Assembly (NCBI GenBank): GCA_951406725.2
Contig: OX597817.1
Span: 123,318,001 to 123,382,000, forward strand
From: Octopus vulgaris
Lineage: Eukaryota
Length of the DNA: 64,000 bases
Direction of reading: 5' to 3'
Shown: positions 12,489 through 26,566 of the stretch, in pieces
Layout of the letters: each line of letters begins with the position of its first letter
Numbering within the stretch: the stretch's first letter is position 1
The notes under the pieces: model-generated
Database searches by the model: none
Told to the model about the DNA's origin: nothing
What the model saw: only the letters and a program-made list of their open reading frames with translations
Made by a program: the position numbers and the translations under genes

Positions 12489-12978
12489 TAATAATAATAA
12501 TAGTAGCAACAACAACAACAGCAACAATAAATTATTGCTTCAAAATAGAAAAATAATTTTAATTCTAATGGCAGAAAGCACAGAATTGTTAATTAATATA
12601 CACATAATTTGGTTTCAAAATTAAAAAAAGTTTTTAAATATTCATAAAATTACTAGATAATATTTCGTGAAGTGATTACATCAGAACAGAAATTCAAAGA
12701 CATCAGCAAAAGAAAATGAAAAAGATAAATAATTGAAATAAAATTAATAAAATAATATGCAAGTGACCGGGAGATTTATTGATAAACAAATAACTTTTTT
12801 CTTTATTGATAATACATTTTTTATTTAAAAAAGTATAATTCTTTAATGACTGTTGCAAATTAAAGAAAAAGTAAAGTAATCCACATACATTCACACACAC
12901 ACATACGTACATCTATACATACATGCACGCACACACACACACATTCGTAGATGTGTATATGTATATACGTATGTTCAC

Positions 12979-13028
<50 letters not shown>

Positions 13029-13620
13029 CCAAGAATAGAAAGAGAAAAATGGTAGAGAGAGATAAAGATAAAGAGGATAGCAACAGTCAGACTAAGATTA
13101 GCAACGAACGTAAATTTTATATGACTTTTCTGGAGTAAGTCGTATTATCTTAAACTCACAAATTAGCGCACGATAAAAATAATAGAATAACTCGATAACT
13201 TATGAGTTGCTCTTGTCATTTCTTTTAAATGCGGAGAAAAGTATTACAAAAGAAAGCAATAATAATAAAGCAATAAATTCGAATAGAGATATCGCAGACT
13301 ATGAATTTTTTAGAGCAAATAATTCACATTTTCAGGAAAATTATACAGGCAATGAAGTCTTTTGTTAATTCGCTTTATATTCTGCATTCAATTCCTGCTG
13401 TACATGATTTTACCACACATATTTACAATATTCGTATATTATTGAGTGTAACCTGTTTTTGGTATTCCTGTCATTTGGTAGCTTTTTGGTAGCTTAAATA
13501 CTTGGAAGACAGATATCTGTACAGCCATGGAACATCTACTGTTTCAAAATCGTAATATTATTTTGTGCTGTTGAACCTCTGCAATTTCAAAGAGCTGTTA
13601 TATGTAGCCACATATTTCGT

Positions 13621-13837
13621 ATTACAATACACGTAAGGGAAATCGGTATAATTCGTTACTACGAAAACACATCAGCTTAGTCGATTTACTCATCATATAT
13701 CAATATTTTAGAGCTGAACTGGTCACCTGGGCAGATTGTATAGATACATAAAATAGGGAAGATGCCCTGTGAGATCAAACTCACCAACCATCAGATAGTA
13801 CAGCAAACCACTTGAAATGATATCCTTTTCAAAATCT
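13621..13837. repeat. ~215-bp direct repeat, copy 1
   Basis: Matches 15366-15580; an 87-bp core (13707-13793) is identical. Confidence 0.95.
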
Positions 13838-15365
13838 AAATTTCATGTCCACTCCTTTCAAATATTCACACATTAACAAATTTATATGGGGAGTAGTTAG
13901 TATATCAAGTTGGAGGTGTTGGATGCATGCTGCATGTAAGTGTTATGTGAGAAGGTGCTTCAAGCATACGCCTCAGCGTTAAATAACGCATACAAATTCT
14001 GCCAGGTTGATTAAGCCCAATAATTCCTTGTAACGAAGACGATAATCAGATTTATATCTTGTTTACCAAAACGAAGAAAATTAGAGGGTGATGGTTTTGA
14101 ATACCAGAGCCTTCCCACATAGGGAATGTACACTTCATCAGAGTTTAGTAGTTAGCAATTTTACGTGAAGAACAAGGCAGGCTCAAAAGGAAAACACAAA
14201 GAAATACTGAAATTTATGTAAACTAAAAGATGTTTGTTAAATGACATTCTAGAAGAATATTAGGACATACTAATTAGGATATGAAAGAGGAAATATAAAC
14301 GATCACCTGGGCGTTCTTAGTTGTAAATTTGCAGAAAGTCACTGATTAGTTATGTAAATGAATCCCGAGACAGCAAGTGACAGAAATGAAATAGTATAGT
14401 GTTTATAGTTTTCAGTACTATATGAGACTGAAAATGAATGGAAAACTGTAGTGGCAAGAAGTGAAATCAAAAAGCCAGGTAGGAAGCAAGATACCATGAG
14501 TAGCTTACTACGAAGAGAAGTTATGTCCATAGGAAACATTATATATTTAGGAAATCTAACCGAGACATTATTAGCGATACTTCTTGAAGAAAAGGCTAAA
14601 TCATTGTCAACTGATACAAAGCCAAACAAAATGCCTTATAGTGAGTCGCCTGTAAGGGCACAACTGATTGACCAAGTTGTTAACGCTGATGACTTTTAGA
14701 AAACAATTTATTTCAGATATGAGTGAGTTACAAATTCGATACTGTGTGCTGAGTTCAGGTGTACTAATTACAATAGGTGCTGTGATGTCACTGAGAGGTT
14801 GGTGGGGATTCAGATGTGAAAGGTCCACAGAAGAGATTAGCTATAAGCCAGTAATAAAATAAAATTTATTAAACATATATTCGTTTGGTAAATACCTTCC
14901 TGGGCCTTGTACCATACAGGTGATAGATAATTATTGGCTGAGTGATTTTGGAAAGCCTGTCTTACAAATATGTAGGCTAATTTAACGTAGAAATCAAAAC
15001 TGATTAATCCTCATAAAATCTATTCTGAAAACCCTGTCCTTCATAAACACGTGTAACAGTTTTGGTGTTTCTGAAATAACTATCAAAATAACTTTCTGAG
15101 TCATTATGTCTAAAACAGAAGGTAGAATGGAAAAGACTAATTTATTTTAGTGTATTTGACCAGAGCTGTCTGGCGGCAAAATAACAACATTAACGACTAC
15201 ATCGTTGTCATCAAATCTTAAGCTTTTGGCATAAGACTTTCATAGAATCAGTTGTTTTGTTCCTCCGACTATACCTCAGATGTCATCGAGAGCTTCTGTA
15301 TCTTTGAAGAGGCTGTTAGTAATGGTAGTTTGAAAACAGAGAAGCTATATTAAGTTAATGATAGA

Positions 15366-15580
15366 ATTACAATACACGTAAGGGAAATCTGTATAATTCC
15401 TTTACTACGAAAATGCATCAGCTTTGTTGATTTACTCATCATATCTCAATACTTTAGAGCTGAACTGGTCACCTGGGCAGATTGTATAGATACATAAAAT
15501 AGGGAAGATGCCCTGTGAGATCAAACTCACCAACCATCAAGTAGTACAACAAACCACCTGAAATATACTTTTCAAAATCT
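15366..15580. repeat. ~215-bp direct repeat, copy 2
   Basis: Matches 13621-13837. Confidence 0.95.
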
Positions 15581-16062
15581 GTTAACAAGAAAGCATTAGA
15601 ACATTTCTTTCTTAATAATAATAATGCCAACCTGACTGCGGAAAATGTAGGAAAAATGATGCTACGATGTAGTGGTGCATCGACAGTGTGAATGTGGTAT
15701 ATTTAAGTCAGACGATATGATAAATGTGTAACACAAAGGAGCGTGAGCGGCATAGTACATATTAAATATATCAAACGGTTAGGTGACTATACCCTAATGA
15801 CGTGTGATGCAAATAGGTGATTGATTCTCAATAGAATTACTATAGGGTGCCATTTTTGAACAGTGACTTTGAAAGAAAGCTATAGGAAAACGAAATGAGA
15901 TAAGATCTAAAGTCTCGCAATCAAGATGAATAAAAACCGAAACAATTGGTATAACGTTGCATGGAAGACCACTCCAACTTATGGTAGCATTATAAAAAAA
16001 AAACCAAAGACTGTGATAAAACGTTGTTGATGTTATTACTAATGATGATGTTGATATGTCTC

Positions 16063-16115
<53 letters not shown>

Positions 16116-16120
16116 TTGTT

Positions 16121-16170
<50 letters not shown>

Positions 16171-16727
16171 TGTTTGTGTGTGTGTGTGAATGATGTTTTA
16201 TTCTTGGCAATCTTCACACCAATGAAACTGTATAATGCAATAGAATTAATTCTGAAGATGTTGCGTTCATAAGTAATTCAATATAAGTCGGTTTTTTTAG
16301 GTTCTCTTTTTTATTTCTTCTATTTTTTCTTCTGCATCATTGTAACACACACACACACACACAGAAACAAATTCACAAAACATGAAGTTCCATTACAATG
16401 CAACAGAAAAGAGGTGTGCCAAATACAAGTAATGTCTATATTGAATTTTTTTCAATGGTGTCTGTGTGTTAGTGGAGTAGTTGACAATATGTTTCTTGGC
16501 AAATATATTAAAGTTTTTTTTTCAATATATTATCTTATAACACATTGCCAGGTGTGATAAATGTTTTTTTTGAAAATTACTGCTTGCTGTTATAATGCAA
16601 TAGTTAAGTAGTTGTTAATGATTAAATGTTGTAATTTCCTCATAAGGTCAGGGCTGTTCAAGCAGAACCTATATTCAAAGGAACTCCAGACCATCACCAT
16701 GTACCATCATTTTGTCAGAGTAATGAG

Positions 16728-16804
<77 letters not shown>

Positions 16805-17003
16805 TCCTTAAAGAAAGACATATAAGACATGCGTTTTCGAAAGATTTCGGGAATCCAACTGGCTGCATGAAAGTTTCCCTGTTAGATTGTAACGATTGGA
16901 TTTTTAACGTAGGTAGTAACTGTTGAATAGGTAGTGGATGGGAAACCGTACGCAGGGTATTCGTAAGTTAACATTTTCAGTCAGCTAGAACAACAACATA
17001 GAG

Positions 17004-17319
17004 CAGTATTTCTTAACCGAGGTGCATATGACCCCTGAGGATTTCTGGGGGCCCACACAACGATAAAAACAGTAAATTGAAAAACTTTGCTCTGGATGTA
17101 TGTATTGGAATGTATTGCAAGAAACTGCTAGTCTTCTTTTTCTAACAGTTTATATAGTTCAACCTACATTAGTCAATGTGAGAAAAATGAAAATGAAATA
17201 GGAATTTCGAAAGTAGTTTCTATAAAACTAGGTTTTAAACATCAAATGGCTACGGGAGCCCATCAAAATAAAAGAGGAATCAAAGGGGCCCATATATAAA
17301 AAATTGTTGAGAACCCTTG
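17004..17319. mobile_element. hAT (Charlie/MER5-like) MITE
   Basis: TIRs cagtatttcttaac / gttgagaacccttg; 8-bp TSD acatagag (16996-17003) / acacagag (17320-17327). Confidence 0.75.
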
Positions 17320-18148
17320 ACACAGAGGCAAAGTATTGTTTGTTAGTAGTCTTGTGTCACTTTTATATGCTCAGTTTATTATTAGTATTTTTTCTAAATA
17401 CAGTTATATGTGACAATATATTTCCAGAGATTCCTTCCTTAACTTAAGATTTGATTTAAAGGAGATTTAGTTGAAATTCTTAGCAGATCAGTCGACATCC
17501 TACACACTGTATACTCGTCGGTAGTAAAGTTTGAAGAGTGAATATAGTGTTTATATGTATTTCATATTCATATTTTTCATTTCCACTGTACAGATTATTA
17601 CTGGTATAAGATTTGTACTATCGTTTCTCAAACTAAATTTTTTTCTTTTTCAAAGTTCTTGTGCGTATATAACATTATTCTGTGTGATGTGCAAGTAAGA
17701 ATCGATCAAGATGGTCTTGAATATTATATGTAAGTACACTGCTTTGATCTCCTTGCCCGTCTGGCCAAGAATATCAAGGAACCATAGCCCGTTCATTGTA
17801 ATAAACTGTTTATTGCATGCTTTCACTACTTCTTTTTGTCTCTTTTGATCTAGAAATACTTCTATATTGCCTCTCCGATATACCCCAACCCAGTCATATC
17901 TTTAGATATATATTCAGGCTTTGTATGCACCAAACTTTTAAATGTTTTCTGAATTCGCGCCCGTTGCTTCCTAGAATCATATCCTTTCTTCTACGTGTTT
18001 GTACTACAGAAGTTATTAAAAGTATGATAAAAATAAACGTTATAGCAACGCATGGAAAAATCGGTAGAAGTCATACGAAAAGGTGGTTAACTGTTGAGGC
18101 CAATTCCGCTGTTAATCCTTTCGAATTTGGAAGTTCTGGGTTCAGTCT

Positions 18149-18291
18149 TTGAGCAAGTGTCTTCTACTATAGCCTCGGGCCGACAAGAGCCTTGTAAGTG
18201 GATTTCGGAGACGGAAATTGAAAGAAACCAGTTGTGTATGCACACACACCACATAGACACAGACACAGACACACAGACACAGACACACACA

Positions 18292-18373
<82 letters not shown>

Positions 18374-18575
18374 GGTGTGCGTTTTTCTTCCTGCCATCGC
18401 TAGACAACCGATGTCGGTCTGTTTACGTCCGCGTAACTTAGCAATTCGGCAAAATACACCGATAGAATAAGTAATAGGCTTATACAGAATAAGTCCTGGG
18501 GTCGATTTCTTCGACTAAGAAAGACCTTTAAGAATGGCTGCAGTCAAATGATTGAAACAATTAAAAAAGAAAAGA
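18149..18575 (+). mobile_element. tRNA-derived SINE, type B, 5'-truncated, with internal (CA)n/(TA)n
   Basis: gcaagtgtcttctactatagcctcgggccgac and accgatagaataagta..ggctt...cagtcaaatga.tgaaacaa match 37297-37702. Confidence 0.8.
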
Positions 18576-18716
18576 ATAACCATGATAATGTGTGGTTTTG
18601 CTTTATGCATACTGTTGTAAAGCAATCTTATACCACTTTTGTATTTGTATTTTGATGACGGTTGTTGCCCTGTTAGTCTTGAAGAGAGGCTAAATCAAAT
18701 GTATGAACAGGCTAAC

Positions 18717-19953
18717 GATACTGTCGGGGGATTTTATGAAGCAGATAGAAGAGACGGGCTATAGGTAATTCGGGATTTTGGAAATGGATAAATTGACGGA
18801 GAAACAAATGACAGAAAAATTTAAGGTGGAGTACTTACGCAGACTGAGACTGATCCTTAGGTCGAAACTAAATGGACGGAATAAGATTGAAGCTATCAAA
18901 AACTGGTCGGTTTCACTCCTTAATTATGAAGCAGGGGTAATCGCATAGACAGTAGACGAACTAAGCAGTTTAGACAGAAAGACAAGGAAGTTGCTAACTA
19001 GATATAGGTCACCCAAACGTTACACAGGCAGACTGTATGTAGCAAGTAAAAGAGGGGAAGAGGACTTAATGGATGTGAACACAGCATTAGGGCAGAAGAA
19101 AACAACGTAGTATTGTATGTAAATAAAACTCACAGAACCGCTATTATTAGAAGTAGGATGGTCAGGCTTGTGTAGGATGAAAGATTGCAAAGATGAAGCA
19201 CTATACAAGAAATTGAAAAACAGAGGCTCTAATTTGTGCTGCCCAAGAGCAGGCGCTAAGAACAAACTACATAAAATACAGAATATACAATACAGCAGAA
19301 AGTTATAAGTGCAGAATCTGTGGACAAAATGGTGAAATCGTAGGGCATATTACTAGCCAATATACGCCACTAGCCCAGAAGGAATATAAGAGACACCACA
19401 TCAATATAGCCAGGCTTGTCCATTGGACACCATGCAACAAGTATAGACTTGACAGAGCAAAAGCATCGTACCACCAAAATAATGAAGGCATCGTCGAAAA
19501 TCGAAATACAACGATCCTATGGGATTTCATGATTCAGTGTGACCCTGAGATATAGAATAGGAAGCCAGACATAGTCTAAATTGAAAAAGAAAACAATCTA
19601 TGCTGGATCATAGATATAGCATGCGCAGCTGACAACAAGGTATGTGATAAGGAAGAAAGAAAAGTCGAGAGATATGACAGGTTAGCTTGGGAAGTTAAGC
19701 AGTTGTGGTCGATGAAAATGGTAGCAGTAGTGCCAATAATTGTCGGAGCCCTGGGAACAGTGAGCAAAAATCTCGAGAAGTACGTGGAACAAATAGGGGC
19801 AGCAATAAAGGTGGAACACTTGCAGAAAACAACGCTGCTTGGAACCGCTCGAATACTGCGGAAGGTGCTCGAAAATGGGCGTTACCTTAGTTCACTGGTA
19901 GTGAAAAGCTGACACTGTAATACATCTCCAACGTTAGAAGCTGTGCAAAGGCA
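18717..19953 (+). mobile_element. R4/Dong-like non-LTR retrotransposon, 3' portion, decayed
   Basis: CRICGQNGEIVGH zinc knuckle near 19309; RKPDIV..IID restriction-like endonuclease; VVPIIVGALGTV..LQKTTLLGTARILRKVL C-terminus; ends in (TAA)/(CAA)n. Same family as 39822-41490. Confidence 0.85.
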
Positions 19954-21473
19954 ATAATAATAATGAAAACAATAACAATAACAATAACAACAACAACAAC
20001 AATAATAATAATAATAGAAATATTAATATTTCTAAGTCTTTCTAAATGAGACTATGGCAGCGGTACTGGATATTAATAGTTATGGCCAACCTAACATGGC
20101 AGTCCAGAAAAATTGGACGAATGCTGCCGTTGATTAGCTCCAAGAGGCAATCGCCTCCAGCTAGATATGTGACACACGAACCTGTGTCCATCATAACTTT
20201 CGAATAGGGGAGATCAGTTGCTTCTCCTTGCTGGTCAGGAATCTATATAATAATAATGATGATGATAAAATAATAATAACAACAACAACAACAACAACAG
20301 CAACCACAATCGCATCATCATCATTGCTGTCATTTTTGTTATTGTTCTTGCTGGTATTGTTGTTGTTCCTATTACGGTAACAGGGCTGTTTCAGAAATGA
20401 TACGATAACAATAAGTGATCTGCAGTATATAATAAATTTAACAACTTGCATACCAATATTACTGAGATTGATTTAGTTTTCCTTCCTTCCAAAGTTGATA
20501 AAGTTTTCTTCTCCATCCTTCCAGAATTGATCAAATAGATATCAGTAAAACACTAGATTCAATTACATTTTCCACTTCCTCTGTCTTTATCTAAAACTAT
20601 GACCCCCGTATCTAACTTACAGACCAATAGTATTAGGGCATTGATGTGACGGGTTTAATAAATGTCTTCCTTATTCTGTTCTGTTCGTCTATGTTACAAA
20701 AGTGTTATACCAGAATCAACTTTACTTTCCATCGCTCCATTATCAATACAGAATATTCAAGTTACGTATTAGCGACGATTCGATAGAATTGATTAACTCA
20801 TGCTCCTAAAATATCACGACCCTAAAATTCTTTATGTTTGTATTCGTGTGCGTGACAATCATTATTATTTTTTCATTATTCATATTATTTTTAATATTAT
20901 TATTATTCTCATTATACCCATTATAAGCAAGCTTTCACATCTCAAAGAAAATTATTTTAAAACCCTTTACAATGTTATAGTAGATTTTTCACTGATCAAA
21001 ACTGTAATTGATTTTCCAGACAGGAATAGCTAAGTGAAGAGATTGAATTTAGTGATTAGTATCTTAAACCATTGTTTACCCTTAAGAAAGTCTTTGTTAT
21101 ACTTCAGGCTCATTAGCATTTCTTTAGATGATTCAAGCATTTCTTTTCTTCTCATTTTTTATGAACCATTAATATTTCTCTATACATTTCCATTATTTCA
21201 TGAAATTATGGACATCATTTACAGTTGGTCAAAATTCAGATCAGTAATAAAAATACGAAAATTTCAGCCAATGATTTCATTAGTTTTGATCTTTATTTGA
21301 TCATATTGTTAAACGAGAAAAAGTTTAAAATTTCAAAACAAAGCTTATATTTGCATCACTAGCCACATTAAAATGAACGAAATGTTGAAATTTATCATAA
21401 AGTAATAATGAAATTTGAATTGTAAGACATCACGTATCTCAGTTAATGGTCCACGTGAATACACACACACACA

Positions 21474-21513
<40 letters not shown>

Positions 21514-21540
21514 AATACATACATGCATACATTCATAAAC

Positions 21541-21595
<55 letters not shown>

Positions 21596-21833
21596 TAGAT
21601 AGATAGATAGACACACATATATTTGTGTGCATATTGCATATGTATTATACATATGTGTATATATACATATATACAGATATATATATATGAATATTTACAT
21701 ACACATGTATGTATATATTTATGTATATATATATATTTCTACATATATATACATATTTGTGTATATATATATGCATATATACATGCCTATATCTATATAT
21801 ACACGTGTATATATATATATTTATATATTCTCC

Positions 21834-21897
<64 letters not shown>

Positions 21898-22352
21898 GGG
21901 AAGGAGCACATGAACAAAGACAATGCAAAACTTTAGTTCAACTAAGCGAGTTATTTAATCACAAAAAGTGCGTAACAACCTAAATCATAAAACTAAGGTT
22001 CATCGAATTCGAACGCAGTCATCTTTTCGTTATAGCGTACTTGAAAGATAAATCGTTCCTCATGAGTGAATACATATATTAATGCGTCTATTATCGCCTA
22101 TTCTGTAAGGTTTTGTTTTACTAATATTATATATATGTTCATTATAGTCCATAGGTAAGATCCAGAGATCCTCCATATAGAAAACACGCACAGTGCTCAT
22201 ATAAGTTCAAATTATACGCTGAAGTATGGCAGTAAAGATTGACAATAAACGAAATCGTGTGATCTTGTATGGGGATAGTGATGTAGGTAAACAAGCTTGA
22301 GCTTGATATATAAAATATACACACATACGTATACCCATGTAAATATATATAT

Positions 22353-22432
<80 letters not shown>

Positions 22433-22511
22433 TGTGTGTGTGTGTGTGACAGAGAGAGAGAAACAGATGCAAAAAATATTCAGAAGATAAACACGCATGT
22501 ATAAGTATATA

Positions 22512-22775
22512 AGGTGGAGGCGCGTAGCTTTGTGGTTAGGGTGTCAGCATCATGATCGTAAGATTGTGGTTTCGATTCCTGGACCGAGCTACACGTTGTG
22601 TCCTTGAGCAAAACACTTCATTTCACGTTGCTCCAGTCCACTCAGCTGGCAAAAATTAGTAACACTGCGATGGACTGGCGTTCCGTCCAGCTGGGGAACA
22701 CATACGCCATAGAAACCGGGAAACCGGGGACCATGAGCCTTGCTAGGGTTTAAAAGGGCGCATTTATTATTATTA
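22512..22775 (+). mobile_element. tRNA-derived SINE, type C, with TSD
   Basis: A-box (tagctttgtggttag) and B-box (ggtttcgattcc) head, (TTA)n tail, 12-bp TSD tataagtatata at 22500-22511 and 22776-22787. Confidence 0.9.
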
Positions 22776-22787
22776 TATAAGTATATA

Positions 22788-23769
22788 CGAGTGGTGTTCA
22801 TTAAAGATTTCCCCTGACCAACCTGTGATTATTGCAGGAAAAGGAACTTGTGTAGGTATAATTATACATGTCTCTGCATGTCACATTATAAATTGCAGCT
22901 TTCCACTAGTATTATTTTGTTTTTTTACGGCTGCTCAAGTGAACAAAGGTGTTATAATGGTGGTAGTTGAATGCTGATCAGTGATCAGGTTCTTATATTT
23001 GAAAGGTCATACACCTAAAGAAACTTTCGATGAGACGAAAGAAGTTTATAGTAACGATGCACCGTCATGCGACGTAGTCAAGCACTGGCATCGCCAGATA
23101 AAAAATGTGGTCGGGCATCAGTGGAAACTGCTCCTATTCCTAGACGGATAGATTCCGCCATTGTTGACGACATCATCCATAAAGTGGAAGCCACCATTTT
23201 GGAGGATCACCGCATAACTATTCGGCAACTAGGCCAAGAAGTGAGGATTAGAATAGGGTCTGTGGAAAAAATCATTCACGACCATTTGCACATGTGGAAG
23301 TTGTTTGCACGATGGATTACCCGGATCACACATTTTCAGATGCAGGATAGAGTCAGTTGTACCCCGGCTCTTTTGGCAATGCGCCAAGAAAATGAGGAGG
23401 ACCTTTTCGGCAGACATATAACACATGATAAAACATGGGTCCATCACTATGATCCTGAGTCTAAAGTTCAGTCGAAGCAATAGAAGCAGGATAACTCACC
23501 ACCTCCAAAGAAGGCAAGGTGATTCTCAGTCTTTTGGAACCAACACGGAACAGTGATGATGGACTTTTTGGCAAAGGCATCACAAATAATGAGGCATATT
23601 ATGCTTTGTGATGCAGAAATTGCAGGACGCCGTCACAGCAGAGAAACATGGCATGCTGACCACGCACCATCTGAATTCCATTTCTTTCTAAGCATGAAGT
23701 ATTTTTTGGAGGGGAAGCACTTATCGGATGATGAACTTATTTCCGACGTAAAGTCTTGGCTCCAGCTGC
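22788..23769 (+). mobile_element. Decayed mariner transposon; 3' end interrupted or lost
   Basis: TA-cgagtggtg start; ORF 23067-23483 has WITR..ITHDKTWVHHYDPE; APSEFHFF motif in ORF 23553. Confidence 0.88.
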
Positions 23770-24273
23770 AAGTAGTTGTAGGGAAGAAACCTCATAAGGG
23801 AAAACTCATCTATTATTTCTCTTAAATATATTTACTTAAATTAAGGGTATTACTATACATAAATGCCTCACGCTAGGACGGATTCTTAAAGTCAAAACTA
23901 CCATAATAGTTGCATTCCCTCGAATTCGGTTCAATGTGTTTATACACATTGTACCGAACTCGAGGGAATGCAACTCTAGAAGCGAGCATTTTAAAAACAT
24001 ATGATTTCCTAATTAGTGCACAAAAGGCATTTCTTAATCGTAGTGCAAGCATAATTCAAGATACATAAAAAAGAACAAAAAAATCAACACACAAGACAAA
24101 CACCAAATGTTTTCAGCATAGTACATAGAATTGTTCACATATATATATGTAAAAGGCGGGCTTTTCGTCTGGTATGTTGATTTTTGGTCATTTTTATGTA
24201 TCTTGAATTATGTTTGCACTGACGATTAAAAAATGCATTTTGTGCACAAATTATGAAATCATATGATATGCAG
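23770..24273. mobile_element. Older Penelope-like/retrozyme-type foldback element abutting the mariner
   Basis: Diverged inverted arms 23998-24100 / 24163-24265 carry HHR-like motifs; small hairpin at 23908-23975; terminal aagtagttg motif at 23770. Confidence 0.6.
24214..24273 (+). ncRNA. Type I hammerhead ribozyme, slightly degenerate
   Basis: ttgca-CTGACGA-ttaa...ttat-GAAA-tcatatg-ATA-tgcag. Core, stem I and palindromic stem III (atcatatgat) are present; the stem II closing pair is a T-T mismatch. Confidence 0.65.
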
Positions 24274-26566
24274 CTGAATTCTGTTCATGTCTATTTTCAT
24301 GTCTATAAAGAGAATAAACTTCTCAATTTAAAAGAAAATTACCTCTTGAAATGAAAATACCTCTTAGAAATTTTGCTTTACAACACATTTTCACCCACTG
24401 TATTGAGATCTCTATGTGGTTTGCTAGTAGTTCTTGTTATTTAAACCGAAGTCTGTCTGTTAGAACAACCTTATGAAATGCGTTCCTACTGTCAAAGCTT
24501 ACTTCAAGCGTTTCTTTTAAGATATAAGTTGCACTTCATGTGTGTCGTATGATAGAAATCTGATTGTGATCTCTAGCATGCAGTGTTTCAGCCTGGGAGG
24601 CTTTCGTTGATACTACGTTGCGGAAATAGCCCGAGAGCAGCCTGCAATTGACAATAATAGTTCGAGACCGTAATTGATAAATATTATTACCTTTATGTGG
24701 TGGACTTATGCAAAGCCCTGCAAAACGTTTCATTGTAAGATATTAATATCTTGAATTTAGGTTACAATAGAATCAACCTTAATCCTTTGAACTAGAAAAG
24801 GACTGCCTTCCTGGTCACTCAGCCATCTATGCTTTTCAGCTCAGTCGCTTTCAAATCATTATCATCGTTTCAGCAAAACGCTAGGCACTTTGGATACAGT
24901 AGTTCTAGATATACTTCATTATGAAAATGTATGGTCATAGCTTTATCATCTTCCGTCATACTTCTCCTGGTTCTCGGTTAACTTTGAACTAAACACCTGC
25001 AACGTTGGCTTGTCTAAGGCAAGACAAATGATCAATCAGAGATACATAAAAGTTATTTATTTAATCCGCTGGCTCGGAGTGAATGAAATACAAATCGAAT
25101 TTTGGTAGAATTCGAACACTTGCTTCTTTTTGAATTAAATAGAATGAATTCTATACAACTAAAGGGGAATAAATAAAAAAAACAAATATATAAGAAATTA
25201 ACTGTTCTCGAGAAACATTGTTATAGCTAGAGCTGTAGCTAATTCTAGTTTCATATCAGAACTTTTTCAATTCAGTTGTTTAGTTCTTAGTAACTACTAC
25301 TACTCATATTATTGGGTGTATAATTAGAGAGAAAACATAAATACAAAGCTGATGACCAAATATTAGCAGTGCTACTGATCTTAGTTCAATTATTCAAAGA
25401 TTTAATATAATCATTAACAATAGTCTTTGGCTTGCTGGTATGTTGAATGATAATAGTTGAATTGGTGCTTGCCTTTGCTAACTTCTTTCCAAGAAATAAA
25501 TCAGAAAATCTTCCAACAGAGGAAAGAATGTAATTACTGATATGCTCTGCTTTTTGGACGACAGAATATATCAATATTTTGTTCAATATCACGTATTTAT
25601 GTATAATATATATTATTTTGCTGTACCTCATCTAATAAGAATTGTCTGTTTCTCTTCTACCTGCTGTTCACTAACCAGTATTTACTTTAGCGATATACTC
25701 CAAAACCTCTTGAGATCGTGATAAATTATCAGTTAAATCTTTTGCTATAGGGTTTATCATTACAAGTTGAAAGCGTTATGCAACAATTCAAAAGTAGAAA
25801 TCTCATTTTGGATCTAAATACTTTGAATGCTTCGGTTTTTATAAAGCCTTTATCTATCATCATATATTCTGTTCTCCTATGCTGGTACAATTTAGATGGC
25901 TTTGTTCAGCTTATCTAGCTTAATAACAATTATTTTTCATTTCATCCATAAATAATGTTCACTATGAATAACATTTGAAATAATTATTTTATTTCAATTT
26001 TGATTTGGTCAACTTCTGTTCTTGGTACGCGTTACCATCACATTGTTGTTCTTTTTATCTACTACTAGACACGTCATGTACAAACAACTATGCCTGCCTC
26101 TCTTATTTACTACAACACGAGCTAACACAATCACTCTACCTGCCAAATATCTCTTTCAAATTGAATCCCAAGTCTCATAAAAATACATTAAATGCTGTAC
26201 AAAAAACTGTGATAGTCACGACGGGGAAGTTTATAATCATAAGTTTTCTCGATCAAGGCAACAATAAAACAATATACAACACAAGCTATTGGGTGAGATC
26301 CTTTGTGATTACTTTTACTAGATGGATAGAGCTACCAAATCTTCCTCAAATCACTATCTTGAAGGTGGAAGGCCACTTTAAATGAGGCCAGCATAAGTAA
26401 TACATGTCCGCAAAAGAGTAGGTAGCTAAGCGTATTTTGCAGAAAGGTGTTTCAGCCTTGACTGCACATATGTGGAGATCTGCAGATCTGGAGCTAAACA
26501 GCAACAGCAAGATTTGACTACAAATATATTTGGTAAATACTTGTTTTATTCATCTGCCCAAATACT

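Noticed and set aside
16803-16980. gacatgcgttttcg next to (TA)n as a minus-strand hammerhead
   Set aside because: A GAAA..GUC half is present but there is no recognisable CUGANGA box or stem II.
22512-22590. tRNA genes at SINE heads (also 55200-55284, 37297-37360)
   Set aside because: A/B boxes are present, but they continue into repeat bodies with tails and in two cases TSDs; these are SINEs, not tRNAs.
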